Positions 53,755-64,000 of a stretch of DNA of 64,000 bases are shown piece after piece. The DNA is from Lama guanicoe (lineage: Eukaryota). Position 1 is the stretch's first letter, and each line of letters begins with the position of its first letter. The notes below the pieces were generated by a model. The model was not told the DNA's origin. It worked only from the letters and a program-made list of their open reading frames with translations, and made no database searches. The translations under genes were made by a program, and so were the position numbers. Location: assembly GCA_013239625.1 (NCBI GenBank), contig MU056000.1:8409214-8473213 (forward strand), written 5' to 3'.

Positions 53755-56700
53755 GGCATAACTTGTACCACATTATGATAGTCTGTGGGTTGAAAATAAT
53801 CACTAACAATTTTGCAAGCCATCTGGTCAGAAGTAGGATGAAGTAGAGATTTTTTAAAGAAACCATTAATAATGATGGCTGAAGTAAAGAAAGGTTAATC
53901 AATCCGTTTTTTTTTTAACAAGACTTTAAAACACTTCTCAGTAACTTGAACATCAAATATTAAAAGCTATTTTGTATTTATTTAAGTTCCAGTTTTCAAT
54001 GAATAAGGTGTGAATTGGTTGCTTAATGCATGTTCTATCAAAATAAATCTACACTCTTTAACATAGTCAAAAGAGTGACATGAAAATATGCCAATCACAT
54101 ATTGTTGACAGAAAAAAGGTAACTGCAAAATAGAACGTATAATAAGGCCCCAAACTCGCAGGTAACACAGTGAAAAAACAAACAAAAAGTAACCACCTTA
54201 GTAGCTAGGATCAGAATTTATCTTGCAGAAGAAAGTGCCTTGGTTGAATTGGGGGGATGCGCTAACTTTCTCAAGAGGGGACAAGACCTCCTTTGCACCT
54301 CCCCTCCCACAGCAGAAGGAGCGACATGCTGGGAAGACCAGGACAGCGTGTTTGGACTTGAGCCCCCTCCTGGCCCTCCACTCCCAGACATGGAGCAGAG
54401 CGTGAACAGCCTCTCAAGTTGGACAGTGAGGTGCTCTGGGCAGTCATGGGTGGCTGTCATGCTAATGTCGCCCTTAACAACTGCGCTCCCTAGAGCATCT
54501 CCCGCGTATCCAGCTCGGGGGCTGCACGCCTGGCCCGCCTCACCTTGCTTAACCAGGATGGCCCAGAAGTACTGAGAGCATCAGGCAAGCACCAGGTGGA
54601 GCCCTGGGCACCAGGACAGCGCCTAGACCACAGGGGTGCTTTTCCTTTTCCAATCATCACGAACCACCCACACAGCTGTCCTAATTCTATTCTAGAAAAG
54701 TGTAAGACAGCCCTCTCAGAAGGGAATTCTTCAATTTGCATATTTCCAGGAGACTTCTTTCTGTTACTCTATTAATTTATTAACACTTTTTAAAGTGATG
54801 TGGCTTCCCAGGGCGCTCTCACTTCGATAAATCATTGAAGTGGTTATAAATAAAGCATTACACCTGAAGTCCCTCGGTACCCAGCCCAGAAACATAAATG
54901 CTACTGGTTTTCCAGAGAGATGTTATGAAAATTAATTGATGTTGAAAATTCACTTCTTTTCTTCAATGAGGAAAGGCTGAAGCAAGATACAGATTAAATA
55001 TTTTCAGATGCTAGGCAGAACCAAAATGAAATGGCAAAGGCCGTATGTAACTATCCTAGGACGATTAAAGCAAATCAGTTTATTTTGGATTAAAGAAACT
55101 GAAGTAAAAAAATGAACCTTTCTTCAAAATCTCTCTCCTCTGAAGTTTCGCATTTTTTTCCTTAATAACTCTCATGAATAAACGCTTCAATTGTCCAAAG
55201 TTTTGACGTTATGATCGCTAATACACTGAGTTTGTAATTCCAGGGATATTTTAGGGTTTATCCACACTTATTTTATTTTATTATTGTCCAATACTTTCAT
55301 TTTTTTCCTAAGTATTAGAGTAGAATCAAGGGCCAGAAGTCAGATCATGATAATGCCAGAGGAAGGAAATCCTTCCCTTCCTAACACTTGGCCACCACAA
55401 AGATGCAAAATTGGTTAAACAATAAAGTCACATCATAGCAACAACTTAGACGTCCTCCAGAGCTGAAATCAGCTACCCATTTGTGAGATGTTATGGACAG
55501 AATGATCCCATGATCTTGATGTAGGACTGGGCTATGCAACAGTGGGCAACTTATTTGAGATGTTGAAAAAAATTTTTTAATGGGAGTCTTTATTATTACT
55601 AATAACTTTTCTTAACTTAATGCTATCTTTACACACTTTTCTGGTTAAATAGAACTAAGCAAAATTGTTATGCATACATACACCTAGATTGAAAAGTCTG
55701 CTCATAAGACATACAAAATGTTTCCAACTGCATTAGCAACTCAGAAACAGATCTGAGAGTAAACATACATCACAGGCCAAATAAATGCAACAATACCAAT
55801 AGTCATAATTCATGATTTATTAAACACTGTATTTCTGCCACTTTTCTAGGGACTCACGTGTATGCCATTTGGCCACCACAGCTACACTGCGAAATAGGTT
55901 CTCCAGTTATGACTACTCTAATCTCATCTGCAATCGATCTAATTACGTAGAGCATTTATGAAGCTTAGTTTTTATTTCTCGGTAGGCTGGATTTGGTGCA
56001 TTTCAAAAATTTTAATTAACAGAAAGGAGGACTGAAACTCCATTGGAAAATTTTGGCTGTTTATAGCAGAAAGCATTGGATTTGCACAAATTCCCAGCAT
56101 TCTTAGTATATGTGTACACATATCTGTGCGTGTGCATGCCTGAAGAACACAGACGCTGGTTTCAAGATGCGTCAGGAAGGATTATTTCTTTGAAGATTAT
56201 TTCATACGGCTCTTTTTGGAGTTTCAGTAAGGAAGGTGAAAGTAAATCACAAAATACAGTTGCATTTTGTTGGGAGAATATCTCTACTTCCTATTGAGAA
56301 CATGTCCCATTTCTAATGCACTTATACAGGGAAGTGTAAAGAAATTAATATGTATTGACAGGGCTCTATGAATTAATGACCAATTTCGCAACAAATACAC
56401 AGCAGATATTCATCTGTAGAACGCTGCTTCCTTTGAGTTTACTGTGTTTGGAGAAAATATGCTGAAAATCCAACTACATTTCTCTTGTTCAAACCCAATT
56501 TAAAAGTATTTTCAGCAGATTTTAAGCTGAAGTCAGTATCTGATGGCCACATCTAATTTTTGACTCCAGGTGGTTTTGCTCAGTTTGATTATCCACTTTT
56601 TTCATCAATTTACATTTTAAATATCTTAGCATGGAATTCAGGACTTTCACGGTCTGGCTATTAATTCCTGCACATTCAATCAGACTAATAACTTTATGCT

Positions 56701-56808
56701 CAAGACAGTACTAACGATCTTTAATACTCTGCTCAAATCATACGAGTACTGCCTTCAAGTCCAGCAAAAACCAAGGTCTGAAAACAACTAACTCAAGAAT
56801 GCAGTAGA

Positions 56809-57308
56809 AAAAGAAGATGTGGTATATACATACAATAGCATATTACTCAGCCATAAAAAAGAATGAAATAATGCCATTTGCAGCAACATGGGTGGACCTA
56901 GAAACGATCATATTAAGTGAAGTCAGACAGAGAAAGACAAATATCATATGATACCACTTACATGTGGAATCTTTAAAAAAAGAAACAAATTTTGTTTACA
57001 AATCAGAAACAGACTCACGGACATGGAAACAAACTATGGTTACCAAAGGGGAAGTCAGGGGGGAGGGATAAATTAGGAGTTTGGGATTAACATATACACA
57101 CTACTACATATAAAATAGATAAACAACAAGGACCTACTGTATAGCACAGGGAACTATATTCAATTTCTTATAATAAACTATAATGGAAAAGAATTTGAAA
57201 ATATGTGTGTGTGTGTATATATATATATATATCCGAAATGCTTTGCCATACACCTGAAACTAACACTGTAAATCAACAACACTTCAATAAAAAAAAAATT
57301 AAAAAAAC
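56809..57308 (+). mobile_element. 5'-truncated L1 (ORF2 end, 3' UTR, A-tail)
   Basis: aagaagatgtggtatatacatacaat...cagccataaaaaagaatgaaataatgccatttgcagcaacatgg, AATAAA at 57286-57291 and an internal (GT)n(AT)n tract. Decayed TSD agaatgcagtaga (56796-56808) versus agagtgcagtgga (57309-57321), 11/13 identical. Confidence 0.92.
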
Positions 57309-57689
57309 AGAGTGCAGTGGATACCTGCTGAAATAAATAAACGTTAATGTAAGGAGGCCATGCAACATCAAAAGAGCATTAAATTCAGACACCCTATAGA
57401 CAAATTTCTCAGGCCCTCGGAGTTAACTAATCTTGTAAAAATCCAGTGCCTGGGCCCCACACCTGAGTTTCGGATTCAGTGGTGTTGGGGTTGGGTCCCA
57501 GCCAGGGCTGAGAACCACAGGGTTAGAAGGTAGTCGTAAAAACTGCCTAACACCAGGAGGTTTCATCAAGTGCTGGTCGCTTTCTACCAGAGCAGGGAAA
57601 ACGGCAGCCTCTTCGCTGGAAGCTTCACTGTTTTTTCCTCTCTTGCCTTTGTATGTTCCTAGAACGTCCTCCGTTTCCAACTGGCCAGT

Positions 57690-57905
57690 TCTACTTCTCC
57701 TGGAAGCCTTCCTTGATGCCTCCTCCCAGTGGGTCACATAAGCCATATGGTCCCAGATTCCCCCAACAACTAAGTTTACTGCCATTGCATTAACTGTCTC
57801 CTCCCAAGGTTGCCAGTTCTTTGCGGGAAGGAATTATATTTTGTCCATCCTAGGTATGCCGGTCCCCAGTAGATGTCTGTGTTTGCTGAAAATCTGAATG
57901 AATGG
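57690..57905 (+). mobile_element. L2 3' end
   Basis: acttctcctggaagccttccttgatgcc...ctgtctcctcccaaggttgccagttctttgcgggaagg...tttgctgaaaatctgaatgaatg. Confidence 0.6.
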
Positions 57906-59479
57906 AATAAACTTCATAAAAAATGATCATAGCATCCTACAGCACATGCACATGACTGAAGCCCTGGCAGGGGACCACAGTGGCTGTGAACCAAGGCTTA
58001 CACACAAAACCCATGCCCTGTCAACAACTACCATAACGTCAGCCCAAGTGAGAGAACATGAGGAGGACAGACAGGAAAGGAGAAGGACACTTTTGGAAGG
58101 CTTGATGTAGAATTATTAGACATCAGCATTGAAGACAGTAGCAGAGAGAGGTAAACTCAGAGATGGGGCGCTCCTTCCTGCATATGCTTGCTCAATTACA
58201 TTTGCAACTGACTAAAGTTAACTATTATTTATTATGATCAATGTATAGTTTGTTGAACTTGAAGTAGTGGTGTTTTCATTCCCACTCCTGTCATCCAATT
58301 GTTCAGCTGTCTCACATCAAAAATTTTGAACCAGTGGGTCCAAAGTACAAATAAAATTGTGTTTGAATACTCCCAAATGTTTAGAACATTTATTTTTCAA
58401 GTTTGGTTAAGTAAGCAAACATGAAAAAATATATATGATGGCTTACACGATTTTAGCAATAAAATCATGCAACGATCAAACATTCCAAATTCTTTCAAAC
58501 ATTCAAAATGCTCTTTCTAGAGGAATAATGCACTTACAAAAGCAGCTAACTTACTCTTCACTTTTTAAAGGCCACTTGTAAATATCCAGTGTTTTAAATG
58601 GGTTTTCTTTTCAAATAGGCAGCATATTGCTTACAGCCACCTGTCATCATAGAAAAATTCAGGGCAACTTGAAGCTTTTTCTTTCGGAATTGTGAAGTTT
58701 GGAACTTTGTCCATCAGTGATAGTTTAAACTGTGATCATACAATATACAATTACAATATGCAATTTTTTTACCCTCACTAGCAATTGCAAAGTATCATCA
58801 AGTTTCTGAGATATCAAAAGAACATGTTCCATTAAACCTTTTAAACCGAATAAGCCCAAGGCAGTGAACAACCACTGAGGCGCATCACTTCACTGTGGAA
58901 TTCCAACTCTTCCCTCGTCCATCGTGCCTGCTCCAAAAAGCCTGCAACCATCTGATGTATAGGGCCAGCAAAGGCCCCTTTGTCAGCGCACAGTTAAAAT
59001 CTACAAAGTTCATTTTTTTTCTTGTCTGAGGGCACAAAAACTGTACATTTAAGCAGAACATCTAATATTGTCTCCAAGAGCCCAACAAGTACTCTTTGGA
59101 ATGGGCACACCCCAATTTGGAGACCATTCCAGACATGGTCCAGTTGGAAAAACAGTGGTTCTATTTGGTCTACACTGGGCTAGTCACTCTCAGTAAGGCC
59201 TTCTGTTGTTCATTTTAATTACGTACATGATACGTAATATTTTCTCCTTTATAACGAATGGAATCATTTCAGGTTAAGATTCAAGTCTTACCAGAACCAC
59301 TTACACAAATGGCTATTCCTCATGCCCTGGTCTATAGCCTGCTTTGTGGGAAACAATATATCTTGGCACAGCAAGGCATGAAGATCTATGCCATATTTTC
59401 TTAATTGTAGTATCTAGTGGGCTCTGTCAGCCCTTATTATGTCCCTAATAATGGCCATAATAGTGTTCATCAAATTTTG

Positions 59480-59608
59480 GCAGGACCTGCTGAACCATTA
59501 ATTACTGACTGGGTATACCCAGGGTGGAGCTGGACACTGCATTTCTAACATTATCCCAAGTGGTCCTGATGCTGCTAGAATGGGGCTACACTTAGAATGA
59601 CTGATCTA
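59480..59608. mobile_element. MER5A-like fragment
   Basis: ctgcatttctaacattatcccaagtggtcctgatgctgctag...acacttagaatgactgatcta. Confidence 0.6.
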
Positions 59609-59972
59609 GGGAAGAGATAAAGACGTCGAATTGCTGGAGGATGAGTGATGCAGATGTCAAATTTAGAAGCCTCTTGCCAAAGTGTCCTCCCACGTGGCTG
59701 TTCTGCACCTAGAGTCCCTGGAGTTCCCACACCTGCAGCTGATCTTTGTATTTTCCAACACTACTGTCAACTCGATGGCTGAAAACAGTATTTCCTTCTA
59801 ATCTGCAGTTTCAGAATGCAAGCAAGGCTGAGCATCTCTTCTTACATGTGCCGTCCATCTCTGTTTCCTTTTTATTAGTATGTGTGACTTTTGAAAATTC
59901 ATTCATGGGAGTCCTTTACATACTCGTGGTATTCATTCTTTGCTTTTATAAGTATATATTCCCATCAGTCCC

Positions 59973-60890
59973 TTTTTTTTAAATTAAGAATCAATGTTTT
60001 TAGAGAAGTTTAAGGTTCATAGCAAATGTGAGGGGAAGGAACAAAGATCTGCAATACATCCCCTGTACCTACACACGCAGTCTCCCCATTCTAGCATCCT
60101 CCCGCAAAGTGGTACATTTGTTACAATGGCTGGATTGACACTGGCACATCAGAATCAGCCAATGTCCACAGTTCACCTTACGGTTTTCTCTTGGTGTTAC
60201 ACATTCTCTGGATTTGGACACATATGTCATTATATGTATCCACTATCATGGGATCACACAAAGTATTTCCACTGCCCTGAGAATCCTCTGTGCTCCACCT
60301 ACTCATTCCTCCCTCCCGGACCCCCTAGCAACCACTGATCTTTTTACTGCCTCCATAGTGTTGCCTTTTCTAGAATGTCACATAGTTGGAATCATAAAAT
60401 ACAGCCTTTTCAGGTTGCCTTCTTTCACTAAGTAATACACATTTGTATCCTCCCCATGTCTTTTTATGGCTTGACAGGTCATTTCTTTTTAGCGCTGAAT
60501 AATATTCCACTGCCTGGATGCACTACACTTAATTTATCCGTTCACCTACTGAAGGACGTCTTGGCAGTCTCCAGGTTTGGGCAATTATGCATACAGCTGC
60601 ACACATCCACATGCAGGGTTTTGTGTGGACGTGTTTTCAGCTCCTTTGGGTAAACACCACGGAGCACAGCTGCTCGGTCGCACGGTAAGAGTATGCTTGG
60701 CTTTGTAACAAAAGGACAAACTGTCTTCCAAAGTGGCTGTGCCCTTTTGCATCTGCACCAGCAACAAAAAAGCGCTCCTGTTGCTCCACATCCTCACCAG
60801 GATTTGGTGTCACCAGTATTCTGGATTTGGGCCATTCTACTAGATGAGCAGCAGTATCTCACTGTTGTTTTAATTTGCATGTCCCCTTGA
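59973..60890 (-). mobile_element. L1MC1/2-like 3' end, same orientation as CTNND2, apparently inserted into an older L1
   Basis: tttttagagaagtttaaggttcatagcaaa, agtggtacatttgttacaat, cccctagcaaccactgatctttttactgcctccatagt, aaactgtcttccaaagtggctg. Confidence 0.9.
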
Positions 60891-60949
60891 CTTTTAACCT
60901 CACTTATGAAAATGTTTCTTTCTCTCTCTCTCTAGAAGATCTAAGGATG

Positions 60950-62330
60950 GATATGGTTGGATTTCTCAATACTTAAATGTGTTGTTCGTTTCATGTTTAA
61001 TGCCATAAGGATATTAAATATGCAAAGTTAATAAACATTTCCATAACTTTACCTAATATTTTAACCACTTAAATCATTCAGGCCTTTAATCAAGCCGGAA
61101 TTTATGTTTGTTCATAGTGTGCAGGTAGAAGTCTACTTTTACTTCATTTATCCATACAGACAGCCAACGACACAACATTCAGACAGAAGCACTGACCGAA
61201 AAAGTCTCTTTTTCTGTCCCTCCCATAAATGAAATTCTCATACATGTAGAAGTCTATTTCTCATCTTTATATTATTCTCTTAAGGACATAATAAGGTAAT
61301 TAATGGAAAAAACTAGCACAGTACCTGCTCATGTTTTCCTCTTATTCTGATTTTTTGTCTTGGATTGTTTTGTTCATTTATATTTACATGTGATTTTTTT
61401 TTGAATCAATATTTTGCCATTCCCGAAAAACCTTAGAGCTTTTGAATGGAAGAGCATAGAGTCTGTATATCAGAAAGAATTCTCTTTTATATGCAAGGAT
61501 TTTAGAGTGAGCCTTGTCTTTCATAAACTTGACACATATACCCTTTCCTCTGGTCTTTGCTATGAACGACTATGAAATTCAATATTTATCTCCCCCAAAA
61601 TTTTGCAGAACTTTTTTGGTTAGGGTTGTGTCACCTAAGATATGTGCATCCTATGCTTTTATTGTTTTTGTAGAAGAGACTTCGCTTTACAGTTTCTAGT
61701 TATTTATGGCTGGTATACAAGAAAGCTATTGATTTCTGTGTTTTGAGATTGGATCTGGAAATCTTACTGGACTCACTTTGTTAGTTATAGCAGCTTGTTG
61801 GTTATTTCCTTGTGTTTTCTGGGTATATGATGATGAAGTCTATAAACAATGGCATGTCTCTTGCTACCCCACCCTCTGACCTTCTACATTTAGGATTGCC
61901 TAATACCTGAAGGATAATGTTGACTATCACAGGGATATAAGGCATAGTAGTCCAGATTTGCATGGAAGTGCTTCTAATATGGCACTCCTAAATATGAAAT
62001 TCCTGACTGTTAACTGCTCAGGAAGTTAAAGAACTTTCCTGCCAGGTTACTCTGCTCAAATAATTATTTTTTAATTATGACTGGGTATCATACTTCATCA
62101 AATGTAAAGGCATCTGTGGAGATGGCCACAGGCTTTTCTTCTGATTAATATTCATATACACTAGATCTCATTAGTTTTCTAATACTGAGCCATCCTTGCA
62201 TCTGAAAGAAAACTCACTTCACTGTGATCATTTTACATTTATATGACTGAATCTTATTTAGGGTTTTTTTCGCTCCAATGCTTAAAAGTGAAGTTGAGTT
62301 ACCATTTCACTCACTGTTTTCCATTCCTGG
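60950..62330 (-). mobile_element. Highly diverged ancient L1 (L1ME-like), probably continuous with 59610-59970
   Basis: Decayed antisense ORF2 motifs such as ggctggtatacaagaaagctattgatttctgtgttttga and aatactgagccatccttgcatctg. Confidence 0.6.
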
Positions 62331-62874
62331 CTTGGGCACTGGGGTCCTGTATAGCTTCCCATAAAATTCAATTTCTCTAAAATAACCTTATAACCTTCAC
62401 TAGGTTAGCCAACTCGAATCGCACAGTGTCACCAGCTTGATGCCCTCTGCACCCCCCACCCCCACACTATGTTTCACTCACATAGTGCCCGCCAGATGCT
62501 CACCACTGCTTTTTTAAAGGTCATTTTAATATGCAGTCCTGGCGCCCCTCGGGGTTGAGTGGCTGTGTCATTCAGCTGCAGAATGAACACCGGCTTTTGA
62601 ATCAGATCTGAAGTGGCCCATTACTGTGTGAATGAGACTTATCCCACTCTGGAAAAGGAACATACATCCTCTGTGTGCTGCTGAAAGGACTGAGCAAGGT
62701 AATCCTCCCAGAGCACCTGGTGCATACAAGATTCTCTGTAAATCGTGATGTGATGATTCTTTCTGATGAACGTGGACATAGCATTTGTCTCTTTGGATGT
62801 GGTGGCCTTGACCTCTGCATGTCAAGTGATGCATACAGTTTACAAAGGAAATGTACAAATACCACTCACAAAAG

Positions 62875-63320
62875 TGATATTTGGGTTAAACTGTGTCCCC
62901 CAAGATGATATGTTGAGGGCCACCCCCTCTGCAATGATTGTGAATGTGACTTATTTGGAAATAGAACCTTTGCAGACATAATTAGTTAGGGTGAGTTCAC
63001 ACTGGAGTAAGGTGGGCTCTTAATTCAATAGGACAGGCGTCCTTATAAAAGAAGGAAGGTGAAGTGAAGACAATGGCACACAGGGAGACACCAGGTGATG
63101 ACAGGGGCAGAGACTGGTGTGATGCATCTACAAGCCAAGGACATCTGAGGTCACCAGACACCAGAAGAGGCAAAGAAGGAGCCTCCTTTAGAGGCTCAGG
63201 AGGGAGCATGGCTCTGCCAACACCTTGATTTCAGACTTCCTGCCTCCAGAACTCTAAGGTAACACATTTCGGTTGTTTTAAGCCACCCAGTTGGAGTTAC
63301 CTTGTTATGGCAGCCCTAGG
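62875..63320 (+). mobile_element. ERVL-MaLR solo LTR (MLT1B-like)
   Basis: gggttaaactgtgtccccc...gaatgtgacttatttggaaatag...caccttgatttcagacttcctgcctccagaact...tttaagccacccagtt...ttgttatggcagccctagg. Confidence 0.9.
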
Positions 63321-64000
63321 GTGTCTTGTGGACCAGAACCAAGGAATGGTGTGGAGATTCAGGTTGTCAACGGAATAAACCAAGAGGAAGATGGTGCAGT
63401 GCCAGCAACAAGAAAATACTGATGTTAAGTCAAATGTAATTTGAGCAAGTTTGAAAATAGAAACCTGTTCTGAACTGAGCACCAAGCACAACACATGGGG
63501 AAATGGCTGGAAGGGGACAGAGAAATGTGGTCACGTATGGTATAATGGTGAATGGTGGTAAAGCGTTACTAAAATTATATCAGATGCTCATTCAGTCATT
63601 GGGTAATGGGTGTAATGTTATCTGCTAGAATCTATCTGATAATGTTTTTAGCAAATGTTGCCATAGAAGCACAATTTCTTGGGGGCACAGTAACACTAGG
63701 CAAGTCATAATCTCCAAAGTAATTTTGCCAAGAAAGCAGTTCATGGAAAAGCACCTTGGGTACTGAGATTCCTGCCTGCCTGGTATCTCACATTTATGCT
63801 ACCAATTCATTCCTGCTAAAACTTGGGATCTGCACCTTTCTTGACTAATGCCAATCTCAACCTTCAGAATTGCATCTGCCTCGTCACTCCCTATTTTCTG
63901 ACTGAAGAGTACAGCTAAGTTCATCACTATATAATACAGATCTGATCTGACAGACTAGGCAAGCAAAATGCAGTCATGCTGGTTTCACTCTGGTCAAACA

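Overview
Mammalian genomic DNA, most likely from a camelid, based on one Vic-1-like tRNA-derived SINE, artiodactyl-type L1 3' ends and no Alu, Bov-A, PRE-1 or SINEC elements. The whole window appears to lie inside CTNND2 (delta-catenin), which is transcribed on the minus strand. The only coding sequence I can support is the 137-nt exon 2 (17523-17659). The rest is intron 1 (higher coordinates) and intron 2 (lower coordinates), filled with L1, L2, MIR, MaLR LTR and hAT DNA-transposon remnants plus simple repeats. I found no prokaryotic-style or otherwise new gene system. The most interesting signals are local: a near-duplicated splice acceptor giving three same-frame acceptors upstream of exon 2, a competing in-frame donor, three amino-acid differences around G34, a young L1 nested in an older L1 with a perfect target-site duplication (TSD), an unexplained 39-bp direct repeat, a 63-bp tandem duplication and CpG-rich patches in otherwise CpG-poor intron. 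Repeat subfamily names and boundaries come from visual recognition and are approximate.
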